Shown here piece by piece: positions 10,631 to 19,045 of a DNA stretch of 64,000 nucleotides. The notes under the pieces were generated by a model, which was given only the letters and a program-made list of their open reading frames with translations, ran no database searches and had not been told where the DNA came from. Every line of letters starts with the position of its first letter. Within the stretch, counting starts at the first letter, position 1. The stretch comes from Bacteriovoracia bacterium (GTDB taxonomy: Bacteria > Bdellovibrionota > UBA1018 > CAIPTA01). Position numbers and translations under genes: made by a program. The DNA is taken from positions 480,001 to 544,000 of the forward strand of contig JBFWVL010000001.1 in NCBI GenBank assembly GCA_050246755.1. Direction: 5' to 3'.

Positions 10631-11461
10631 CTAGCCATGGATATAGCCCTTTTTCGCGTTCGTAAGAAAAGCGCTGTGGGTGCCGCTGGCATTCGCCAAT
10701 TCAAGGGCCGCCAGCATCGCGTTACCCACGTTATTGATTCCCGTCCAGATTCCGCCCGGAACCGAGTTCACCCGGCGGATCACCGAAATGCCGGAATACG
10801 GATTCCGGTAGGCAGCCTCATTGAGCACGGGCACCATCAGGCGCAGCTCGTCGGAAGTTTTGGCGGGCGCGGCGAAGGGCAAGGGAGCTTCGGGATCCGT
10901 TTCGCTGATATCCACGAGGCAGATATTGACGGCATTTTCCACGGGCTTATCCGTCACGTTGAGCTCGAGCTTGGTTTTGTCCACGATCTTCTGGGCGCGA
11001 TCCAATAGCATCTGGAAGTGAGGCTGGGATTTCTTGTGCCGCTCGAATACCAAATTAAAACCTTCGAAACTGTATTGCAGATCGAGGCGGCTCCAGCGCC
11101 CTACCGCCTCTACCGCACTCTGGTAAGAGTCAGCCGCCGTAGTAAGCACGGGAATGCCGAAGGGCATCTGGGCCATCGCGAAGAAGGCGTCCACGCCGCC
11201 AATCGCCGCTCCGCAGGGAATGCCGAAAACCGGGATGAGGAGCTTCGACGCCAGGATACCAGGAAGATGTGCGGCCAGGCCGGCACCCGCGATCACGGCC
11301 TGAGCCTGAATGCCGCTGAGCTCACGGTCGAGAAGATCCGGGCTGCGGTGCACGGAGATCATGCGAAAATCCACTTCGTGGCCTTCGTGAAGGAGGCGCG
11401 CTTTGAGGGGCTCATAGATATTTGCGTCGGATTTGCTGCCGAAAATCACCAAGATCTTCAT
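10631..11461 (-). CDS. purE: PurE (N5-CAIR mutase signature) with an extra C-terminal degenerate PurE-like domain
   Basis: GSKSD, SVHR, GAGLAAHLPG, QMPFGIPV. It is 276 aa versus about 160-170 for a typical PurE. ATG 11461 overlaps the purF TGA. Confidence 0.9.
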   Translation of the reverse strand: MKILVIFGSKSDANIYEPLKARLLHEGHEVDFRMISVHRSPDLLDRELSGIQAQAVIAGAGLAAHLPGILASKLLIPVFGIPCGAAIGGVDAFFAMAQMPFGIPVLTTAADSYQSAVEAVGRWSRLDLQYSFEGFNLVFERHKKSQPHFQMLLDRAQKIVDKTKLELNVTDKPVENAVNICLVDISETDPEAPLPFAAPAKTSDELRLMVPVLNEAAYRNPYSGISVIRRVNSVPGGIWTGINNVGNAMLAALELANASGTHSAFLTNAKKGYIHG

Positions 11462-12951
11462 TTCTTCCTCTCCCCGGTTCTGCGCTCGCGGAACGCGATC
11501 CCCGCCGTTACGTCGGTGGGATATTTTCCGTCGAGGCAAGCCATGCACATGCTCTTGAGCCCAATGGCTTCGCGAATGCTCTCCTGATCGAGATAGATCA
11601 CGCGATCCGCGTTGAGCGCTTCCGCAATCTGGGATTCAGTGCGGCCGGTGGCAATCAGTTCCTCGGTGCTCGGGAAATCGATCCCGTAGTAGCAGGGATG
11701 GCGGATCGGCGAGCAGGTGGAAACAAAATACACTTCCTTGGCGCCCGCCCGGCGCACCAGATCCACGAGCCTTTTCGAGGTGGTGCCGCGCACGATGCTA
11801 TCGTCCACGAGGAGAACGTTCTTTCCCTTAATCTCGCTCTTCACCGGATTCAGCTTCAAGTCCACAGCCTTGGTGCGCTTCTCGGGAGTATTCAAAATAA
11901 AGCTGCGCTGGATATAGCGGTTCTTGATCAGCACTTCGCGGTAGGGCACGCCGATCTCTTCGGCCAGCGCGATCGCGGCGATGCGCGAAGTTTCGGGAAC
12001 GGGCACCACGATATCAGGCTTCATTTCCCCGCGCGCGATCGATTCCTTGATCTTGTGGGCGAGGCCCTTCCCGAGTTCGAGGCGCGCGGTATAAACCGGC
12101 TTCTCCTCGAGAATGCTCTCGGCCCCCGCGAAATAAACCCACTCGAACATGCAGGGCGTGGGCGTCTGCGCGAGCGGTAAAATTTTTCTCTGCAGCTGGC
12201 CTTCGAGATTCACGAAAATCAATTCCCCGGCCTTTAGATCGCCCACTACTTCGTAGCCGAGGAAGGAGAGCAGGATCATTTCGGAAGCCACGCAATAGGC
12301 GTCTTTTTTTACGAGCGAGCCCGAAGCGTCCTTCACCATCGTCTCGCGCTTGCCCAGGATCAGCGGCCGGATGCCCTTAGGGTCCCGGAAGGCGAACATT
12401 CCCTGGCCGGCAATCATCGAAACCACCGAATACCCGCCCACCGCTTCCTTCATCACTTTGGTCACGGCCTTTTCCAGCAGCGCGAAGCTCAGCTTGGATT
12501 CGATATTGGCCCCTTCGTCGAGCAGGGCGTCGGCAAAAAGATTCTCGATTACTTCGATATCGTTGTTCGTAAGCGGCATGCGGTGGCGCTCTTTGCGGAG
12601 CTTTTCCACCAGCGGGTAATAATTCACGAGATTCCCGTTATGGGCCATCCCAATTCCATAAGGATAGTTTAGAACCAGGGGCTGGATATCGCTTTTGTTA
12701 TCGCTCTTGCCCACCGTGGAATAGCGGGTATGGCCGAGCGCCATCCGCCCGGGAAGGCGATTGAGGATTTCCTCGTTGAAAACACTCTCCACGAGTCCGT
12801 TGTCTTTGAAGAGATGGAATCCCGGGCCTTCGCCTTCGCTGAAGGAGAGAATTCCGGCGGCATCCTGGCCGCGATGCTGGAGCGTAAATAGCCCGAGAAA
12901 AACTTCTTTGGCCGCCTCTTCCGGACCGATAATTCCCACAACTCCGCACAT
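11458..12951 (-). CDS. purF: Amidophosphoribosyltransferase
   Basis: N-terminal MCG, LQHRGQDAAG, GHTRYST, AHNGNL, VDDSIVRGTTS, YGID, plus Fe-S cysteines (CMACLDG). Confidence 0.99.
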   Translation of the reverse strand: MCGVVGIIGPEEAAKEVFLGLFTLQHRGQDAAGILSFSEGEGPGFHLFKDNGLVESVFNEEILNRLPGRMALGHTRYSTVGKSDNKSDIQPLVLNYPYGIGMAHNGNLVNYYPLVEKLRKERHRMPLTNNDIEVIENLFADALLDEGANIESKLSFALLEKAVTKVMKEAVGGYSVVSMIAGQGMFAFRDPKGIRPLILGKRETMVKDASGSLVKKDAYCVASEMILLSFLGYEVVGDLKAGELIFVNLEGQLQRKILPLAQTPTPCMFEWVYFAGAESILEEKPVYTARLELGKGLAHKIKESIARGEMKPDIVVPVPETSRIAAIALAEEIGVPYREVLIKNRYIQRSFILNTPEKRTKAVDLKLNPVKSEIKGKNVLLVDDSIVRGTTSKRLVDLVRRAGAKEVYFVSTCSPIRHPCYYGIDFPSTEELIATGRTESQIAEALNADRVIYLDQESIREAIGLKSMCMACLDGKYPTDVTAGIAFRERRTGERKK

Positions 12952-12958
12952 GCGCCCT

Positions 12959-12987
12959 ACTATGGCAAAGCCACCCCCTCTAGTAAA
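12959..12987 (-). promoter_or_regulatory. Putative sigma70 promoter of the pur operon (leaderless)
   Basis: TTTACT-N17-CATAGT-N7-ATG on the minus strand, with no SD. Confidence 0.5.
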
Positions 12988-13120
12988 GGAAAGTGCCTAA
13001 ATTTAAGACGCTTTTTCAACTCTTGCGCAGGGCAAGTTCTGGTCTTTTAGCGGCACGCCGCCGCCCCTCCACAAGGGGTTGAAAGAAGACTCTTTTTCCC
13101 GGAAATTTCCGGGCTTACAA

Positions 13121-13135
13121 TGGCACTGCCCTTGC
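13121..13135 (+). promoter_or_regulatory. Sigma54 (-24/-12) promoter
   Basis: TGGCAC-TGCCC-TTGC matches TGGCAC-N5-TTGC and ends 13 nt before ATG 13149. Confidence 0.7.
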
Positions 13136-13148
13136 GTTAGAAGGCCTG

Positions 13149-13769
13149 ATGCGCACCCTTTTTCGCCCCGCCCTATTAGCCCTCTGTTTCGCCTTTTTGG
13201 CTCTTTCGGGTTGCGGGCGCGATAGCGAGAATAAGTCGTCGCAGAGCGCCACCTTTCGCTGGTCGGCTTTTCCGGTAGCCCTGCAGATGGAAAGCACCCT
13301 AGCCGCCAACCCCAATGCCCAAGCCGATCTCCGCGACGCCATCGCTTTCTGGGAAAATAAGGCCGGTAAACCCCTTTTTCAGCTAAATGCCGCGTATCCT
13401 TCCGGCCAAGCCGCCTTTACCGGCAACGCCGCCGACCCAGATCAGATCCTCGCCAACGTGATTCTGGAACAAAGCCCCTGGCCTTTCGCGTCCAACGTGG
13501 CGGGGCAGTCCATTGTTCACGCGGAGCAAAATATCACCCAGCATGCGCTCATGATGATCAATCCCAGCACCGTTTTTTGTACCGGCGACTGCAGCACCAG
13601 CCCAGGCGATACTAGCCGGCGCAAGCTCTTCGCCCATGAACTCGGGCACTTTCTCGGATTCAGCCACTCCACGGATCCCAACGATATTATGTTTCCGGAA
13701 ATCCAGTCGGGTGGATCGCTCACGAACGTGACGGCCGATACCGGCACCCTCAGCCAGCTCGTAGACTGA
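13149..13769 (+). CDS. Matrixin-family (M10) zinc metalloprotease lipoprotein
   Basis: Lipobox LSGC; HELGHFLGFSH zinc motif; Met-turn DIMFP. Confidence 0.88.
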   Translation: MRTLFRPALLALCFAFLALSGCGRDSENKSSQSATFRWSAFPVALQMESTLAANPNAQADLRDAIAFWENKAGKPLFQLNAAYPSGQAAFTGNAADPDQILANVILEQSPWPFASNVAGQSIVHAEQNITQHALMMINPSTVFCTGDCSTSPGDTSRRKLFAHELGHFLGFSHSTDPNDIMFPEIQSGGSLTNVTADTGTLSQLVD

Positions 13770-13824
13770 ACAAACTAACCCGCGATAATTGACCACAGGA
13801 CTCCGCCCATAGTAGGTAGGAGTC

Positions 13825-14730
13825 ATGAAAAACATTCTCGCCATCGGTTCCCTGGCCTTCGACTCGGTATCCACCCCTTCCGGCAAAGCCGAAAAAGTAT
13901 TGGGCGGATCCCTGAACTACTTCTCCATTTCGGCCAGCTTTTTCACCGGCCTACAACTCGTGGGCGTGGTGGGCGAAGATTTCCCCAAAGAACACCTCGA
14001 TTTCCTGAAAAAACGCGGGATCGATATCGGCGGCGTGAGCGTGGTTCCCGGCAAAACCTTCCACTGGACCGGCGAATACACCAGCGACCTCAACGAGGCC
14101 GTTACCCTTTCTACGCAGCTCAACGTGTTCGAGCACTTCAATCCCCAGCTGCCGGAAGCCTACCGCGACGCCGAGTACGTATTCCTCGGCAATATCGCCC
14201 CCGAGCTTCAGCTCTCCGTGCTGGAGCAAGTTCGTAAACCCAAACTCATCGCCCTCGACAGTATGAATTTCTGGATCACCGGCCGCCGCGATTCCCTCGT
14301 GAAAGTACTGCCGAAAATCGACCTCCTCACCATCAATGAAGGCGAAGCCAAGCTCCTCGCCGGCGAGAGCAACGTGGTAGTGGCCGCCGAGAAAATCCTG
14401 AAAATGGGCCCTAAAGCCGTGGTGATCAAACGCGGCGAATACGGCGCGTTCCTCTTTTTCGACGGCGAGATCTTCTCGGCTCCGGCCGTGCCCATTCGCA
14501 AAGTAGTGGACCCTACCGGTGCCGGCGACACCTTCGCGGGCGGCCTCATCGGCTACCTCGCCTCCCACGGCGCGGGCCTCGAGCAAAAAGCCCTGCGCAA
14601 TGCCGTGCTCAACGGCGCGGTAATGGCCAGCTTCACTGTGGAGGATTTTTCCTTCCACCGCCTAAAAGTGCTTGAGCAAAACGAGATCGACACTCGTATG
14701 CAACAGCTACTGAAGACGATCCGCACCTAA
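13825..14730 (+). CDS. PfkB-family sugar/nucleoside kinase
   Basis: GSLAFD, LGGS, VIKRGEYG, VVDPTGAGDTFAGG; AGGAG SD. Confidence 0.92.
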   Translation: MKNILAIGSLAFDSVSTPSGKAEKVLGGSLNYFSISASFFTGLQLVGVVGEDFPKEHLDFLKKRGIDIGGVSVVPGKTFHWTGEYTSDLNEAVTLSTQLNVFEHFNPQLPEAYRDAEYVFLGNIAPELQLSVLEQVRKPKLIALDSMNFWITGRRDSLVKVLPKIDLLTINEGEAKLLAGESNVVVAAEKILKMGPKAVVIKRGEYGAFLFFDGEIFSAPAVPIRKVVDPTGAGDTFAGGLIGYLASHGAGLEQKALRNAVLNGAVMASFTVEDFSFHRLKVLEQNEIDTRMQQLLKTIRT

Positions 14731-14782
14731 GCTGCCTTTCCGGAGCTTGCGAAGCGCCTCGAAAAGGGTATGCTCTGATTTC

Positions 14783-15646
14783 ATGGCCGACTTTAAAGAT
14801 GACCTCGCGATCGTTCTGCGCTCTCAAGTATTTCAGGAGCGCGATCGCCTGGTAACCGTGCTCACCGAGCACCACGGAAAGATCGGCGGCATCGCCAAGG
14901 GCGCCGTGCACTCGCGCCGTTTCGGCGGCACCCTCGACCTCTTCGCCTGCAGCCAGCTCCGCTACAAAGAAACTCAGGGCGATCTCGTGCGCATCGACGA
15001 GGCCAACCTCCGCCGCGATTTCGTAAAACTGCGCGGCAAGCTCGAAAATATTTCCGCCGCCGGCTATTTCGCCGACCTCGTGCTCCGCCTCACCGAAGAC
15101 CGTCACCCCGTGCGCGAAGTATTCCTGCTGCTCTGCCACTACCTCTACTTGCTCGAAGAGCATACCGCCACTTTCGAGGTGGTGCGCTCCTTCGAGATCA
15201 AGCTCCTCGAGCGCCTCGGCTGGGCCCCCGTGCTCGAAGAATGCGTTTCCTGCGAGGCTCCCTTTTTCGGCGAAGAGCTTTCGCCCGAAGAATCCTTCGT
15301 TTCGCTCACCGTGGAGCATGGCGGTTTTCTCTGTCCGCGCTGCTCCATCACCCAGGGCGGACGCAAGGTTCCCCTCGCTTCCCTCCTTTGGATGATCCAG
15401 GCCCGCGAAACCATGATCCAGCACACGCCTTCGCTTCGCTTTCCGCTCGAGATCATGCAGGAAGCCGCCTCTGCGCTTCAGCATTTCCTGCGCTGGCACT
15501 GCCCGGGTTTGGGCAACTACGAATTCCGCTCGCATACCATGCTCGAGCAATTCCTCGCCGAGGCCCGCGCCGAAATTGCGGCTCCCCTCGCCCCGATAAT
15601 TCCCGCCGCGATCGACGAGCAAAGCGCGCCACCAACAATCAACTAA
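14783..15646 (+). CDS. recO: DNA repair protein RecO
   Basis: AIVLRS..E.DRLV.VLT..HGKI..IAKGA..SRR; FEIKLL..LGWAP; zinc cysteines CVSC and CPRC. Confidence 0.93.
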   Translation: MADFKDDLAIVLRSQVFQERDRLVTVLTEHHGKIGGIAKGAVHSRRFGGTLDLFACSQLRYKETQGDLVRIDEANLRRDFVKLRGKLENISAAGYFADLVLRLTEDRHPVREVFLLLCHYLYLLEEHTATFEVVRSFEIKLLERLGWAPVLEECVSCEAPFFGEELSPEESFVSLTVEHGGFLCPRCSITQGGRKVPLASLLWMIQARETMIQHTPSLRFPLEIMQEAASALQHFLRWHCPGLGNYEFRSHTMLEQFLAEARAEIAAPLAPIIPAAIDEQSAPPTIN

Positions 15647-15800
15647 ACAAAACTTGGGGCGATTTCGTACCCGAGCTAGGTAATTCACTCGAGTATCATT
15701 TCCTGGCATTGGATTGACCGCTGGCTCCGAGCTTCCTAAACTCGAATCACCCAAACATCTTTGCCTCGCTCAGGCGCCCCAATTCCAAGAAAGGAATTCC

Positions 15801-16322
15801 ATGGCTAAAACCAGTAACTTTGCGTTTCTCATTCTTAGCTTCTCTCTGCTCCCGCTCCTGGCGGCCTGCGCTCCCGATAGCCAGGCCGATGCTTCGGGCG
15901 CGAGCCGCGGCGCCTACGAAAACCAAACCATTCCGCCCGATCTAGATCCTGCCGTCGCCGGCATGGTGAACGCCGCGCTCGTTCGCGCCAACGAAATCCG
16001 CCGCGAAAATAATCTTCCGGAGCTCTCCCTCGATCTCGCGATCACCCACGCAGCCCAGGGCCATGCCGCCGATATGCTCACGCGTAATTACTTCGAGCAC
16101 GCCAGCCTCGACGGCCGCTCCCCTTTCGATCGGATGCGTAATTCGGGCGCGTCCTTCCGGGCCGCCGCCGAGAATATTGCTCACGGCCAGCGAAGCGCGG
16201 AGCAGGTATTTCATTCCTGGCTTAATTCCCCCCGGCATCGGCAAAACCTGCTGAATCCCCGCTACCGCCGTCAGGGCATCGGGTGGGCGAACGGCTATTG
16301 GGTGCACGACTTTGCGGACTAG
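15801..16322 (+). CDS. CAP/SCP domain lipoprotein
   Basis: Lipobox LAAC; AAQGHAADM...YFEH, AAENIA.GQ, WLNSPRHRQNLL. Confidence 0.92.
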   Translation: MAKTSNFAFLILSFSLLPLLAACAPDSQADASGASRGAYENQTIPPDLDPAVAGMVNAALVRANEIRRENNLPELSLDLAITHAAQGHAADMLTRNYFEHASLDGRSPFDRMRNSGASFRAAAENIAHGQRSAEQVFHSWLNSPRHRQNLLNPRYRRQGIGWANGYWVHDFAD

Positions 16323-16381
16323 ATTTTTAGGCGCCGTCTAATTTTCAGCAATTTTGATGAGTTACGCACTACCGACGGCAG

Positions 16382-16410
16382 TTGACACTATGCGTTAATG
16401 GGAGTAGGAT
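16382..16410 (+). promoter_or_regulatory. Sigma70 promoter for the second CAP-like gene
   Basis: TTGACA-N17-TAGGAT. Confidence 0.7.
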
Positions 16411-16474
16411 CCGGCCTGTTCCCTGGTTATTTCGAGCATAGGGCTCGAGTGGTCCCAGGGCACGAGGTTTCCCG

Positions 16475-17083
16475 ATGCGTAAAATTCATTTCTCCCTGCT
16501 CTCCCTCTGCGCGCTCAGCTTACTCAGCGCCTGCGGAAAAGATTCCGACGATCGCCAAAACGTGGCGGTATCGCCAATTCAAAATAATGAGATCAACCTT
16601 CCCGGCGAGGACCCACAAAATATCCAGATGATCAGCGCCGGCCTCATCGAGGCGAATCAAATGCGCGCGCGCCGCGGCCTTCCGCAACTCGCCTACGACA
16701 ATAACCTAACCGTAGAAGCCCAGAGCCGCGCCCGCGGGCTCAATCGCCCCGGCGATAATTTCCAGCGTGGAAACGATCAGGTTCCCGGAAACGACTTCAA
16801 CTCCATTCAGCCGCCCCAGAGAATCCTGGATCCGCGGGCGAATAATTTCGGCAATAACGGCCAGAACCAGTTCAACCAGAACCAATTTGGCCAAAATCAG
16901 TGGCACCACAATTCTGGCCCGTACGTGGCCGAGAACGTGACCTACGGGCTCCGTTCGGCACGCCAGGCTTTCATCCAGTTCGCGCGCGAAGGACGCTTTA
17001 GTCAAAATCTATTTAGTTTGCAATTTCGCCGCCACGGCCTCGGTTATTTCCATGGCCGCTGGGTTCACCTCTTGGCGAACTAA
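16475..17083 (+). CDS. Degenerate CAP-like lipoprotein with a Q/N-rich insertion
   Basis: Lipobox LSAC; ANQMRARRGLPQL, AENV.YG.RSARQ and the C-terminal RRHGLG....WVH align with the upstream CAP gene. Confidence 0.75.
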   Translation: MRKIHFSLLSLCALSLLSACGKDSDDRQNVAVSPIQNNEINLPGEDPQNIQMISAGLIEANQMRARRGLPQLAYDNNLTVEAQSRARGLNRPGDNFQRGNDQVPGNDFNSIQPPQRILDPRANNFGNNGQNQFNQNQFGQNQWHHNSGPYVAENVTYGLRSARQAFIQFAREGRFSQNLFSLQFRRHGLGYFHGRWVHLLAN

Positions 17084-17643
17084 GCCAATTTCCCCAAAGC
17101 CCAATCCACGGCCTGATCTAAGTCGTCCGCGACGTGATCGGGCCGTTCTGCTTTGGAGAGGCCGCTGCCCCCGAGCCTAGCCTCTTCCTCGGCACCCTTG
17201 CCGGTGCGCACGAGGATCGAGTAGCGGCAGCCGCCGTTGGCCCCCGCCGCCACGTCGGAAAACCGGTCGCCCACGAAAACCGAGCGTGATAAATCGATGG
17301 CTAATTCTTTTGCCGCCTCTTTCACGAGAAAGCCCTTGGGTTTGCGGCATTCGCAATTTTCTTCCGGGCGGTGCACGCAAATCCTATAGTCATCGATATG
17401 CGCCCCTTCCTGGGCAAGCAGCTCATCGAGCCGCGCATGGATATCGGGCAATTTATTCCCGTCGATAATCCCGCGCCCCACCCCGCTCTGGTTCGTCACC
17501 ACCACCACGAGGTAACCCGCCTCCCGCACGCGGCGGATCGCATCGGCCGAGCCGGGGATCAGCTCGATGAGGGCCGGGTCCTTGATATACACGTGGTCTA
17601 CGTTGATGGTGCCGTCGCGGTCGAGAAAGAAGGCGCCCTTCAC
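17080..17643 (-). CDS. gmhB: D-glycero-D-manno-heptose-1,7-bisphosphate phosphatase (HAD)
   Basis: FLDRDGTIN, VTNQSGVGRG, CVH...CECRKP, VGDRFSD. Confidence 0.9.
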   Translation of the reverse strand: MKGAFFLDRDGTINVDHVYIKDPALIELIPGSADAIRRVREAGYLVVVVTNQSGVGRGIIDGNKLPDIHARLDELLAQEGAHIDDYRICVHRPEENCECRKPKGFLVKEAAKELAIDLSRSVFVGDRFSDVAAGANGGCRYSILVRTGKGAEEEARLGGSGLSKAERPDHVADDLDQAVDWALGKLA

Positions 17644-18620
17644 TTGGCCCGCTTTTCTTGGGTCCAGCGCCAGGCCGTGCGCACGATGCTCTCGAGGTCG
17701 TGCATGGGCTTCCAGCCAAAAAGCTTCTCGGCCTTGCGGCTGCCGGCCACGAGGAAGGGAGGGTCACCGGGCCGGCGCGCACCAACCGTGACTGCCAGCT
17801 TCTTTCCCGTCACCTTTTCTACCATTTGCATAACCTGCTTCACCGAGCTGCCGGTTGTGGTACCCAGATTCACGATCTCGCTTTTTCCGCCCCCAAGAAG
17901 ATAATCCATCGCCAGGATATGCGCCGAAGCCAGATCTTCCACGTGGATATAATCGCGCACGCAGGTGCCATCGGCCGTAGGATAATCAGTGCCGAAAACC
18001 TGCACGGGGTAGCCGGCCGGATTCATCGCATGCAGGAGAAGGCGCGGAATGAGATGAGCTTCGGGCTCATGCAATTCCCCCACCTCCCCTTCGGGATCGC
18101 AGCCGGCCGCATTGAAATAGCGGAGCGAGCAGAACTTCAGCCCGTAGGCGCGATCGTAATCCTCCAGCAGCTCCTCGATCATGCGCTTGGTGCGTGCGTA
18201 AACATTGATCGGCGCCAGCGTAAGCTCTTCGGTGATCGGCTTATCGGTGGGGCCGTAGAGGGAACAGGTAGACGAAAAAATGAAAATGGGCTTCTTCTTA
18301 AGGCCGCGAACGGCCTCGAGCAGCTCGAAGGTGCCGCGCACATTGCCCTCGTAGTAGATCGCGGGATTTTCCATGCTCTCGCCTACCAGCGATTTCGCGG
18401 CGAAATGCATTACCGCGTCGGGCTGGAATTTCGCGAAGCAGGCGCTGAGAGCGCTGCGATTCAAGATATCGCCTTCCACGAAAGCGCCAAAGCGCACCAG
18501 GGACTTGAATCCAGTGGATAGATTGTCGAAAACCAAAACTTCGTGGCCGGCCTTCGCGAGGCCTTTCGCGGCCTGAGAGCCCACGTAGCCTGCGCCACCG
18601 GTTACCATTACTTTAGCCAT
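17640..18620 (-). CDS. galE: UDP-glucose 4-epimerase
   Basis: TGGAGYVGS, HFAA...VGES, Y...K, LRYFNAAG, DGTCVRDYIHV, RRPGDP. Confidence 0.95.
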   Translation of the reverse strand: MAKVMVTGGAGYVGSQAAKGLAKAGHEVLVFDNLSTGFKSLVRFGAFVEGDILNRSALSACFAKFQPDAVMHFAAKSLVGESMENPAIYYEGNVRGTFELLEAVRGLKKKPIFIFSSTCSLYGPTDKPITEELTLAPINVYARTKRMIEELLEDYDRAYGLKFCSLRYFNAAGCDPEGEVGELHEPEAHLIPRLLLHAMNPAGYPVQVFGTDYPTADGTCVRDYIHVEDLASAHILAMDYLLGGGKSEIVNLGTTTGSSVKQVMQMVEKVTGKKLAVTVGARRPGDPPFLVAGSRKAEKLFGWKPMHDLESIVRTAWRWTQEKRAK

Positions 18621-18858
18621 TAGAAACTTTTCCCGGGTCGTTCGGTTGCGGAGACTCTTCTTCGCTCACCGCGTGCTTGCGCAGGAGCTTTTTTACTTCT
18701 TCCGAACAGCCGGCGCAACCCGTGGAGGCATAGGTTTCGCGGCGAATGTCCATGAGGCTGGAACAGCCGTTCTGGATGGCCTCGATGATCACGGTGTCGG
18801 ACACATTATAGCAAAAGCATACGATGCGGGGCTTAGTTCCTTTTGCTTTCCTGTTCAT
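18613..18858 (-). CDS. BFD-like [2Fe-2S] ferredoxin
   Basis: VCFCYNV...A.TGCAGC motif; start taken at ATG 18858. Confidence 0.85.
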   Translation of the reverse strand: MNRKAKGTKPRIVCFCYNVSDTVIIEAIQNGCSSLMDIRRETYASTGCAGCSEEVKKLLRKHAVSEEESPQPNDPGKVSNG

Positions 18859-19045
18859 TTCTAAAAGGATAACTCGGGGATGGCGCGGGAAGCGAGAGAT
18901 GACGCCAGGCAATATCGAAAACGGCCCCAGGAAACAGGGCCTTTCTGCGGCCCTTTACCCGGCAGAAGGTATCGCCGGGAATTTCCACAAAACCCATTTA
19001 GCCGGAACGGCCTTTTTCCGAAATGAAAAAGAGAGGGATCGGCCA

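Noticed and set aside
12952-13148. Purine, ZTP or PRPP riboswitch or PurR box upstream of purF
   Set aside because: The likely promoter sits directly against the start codon, leaving no leader, and I recognised no riboswitch or operator consensus.
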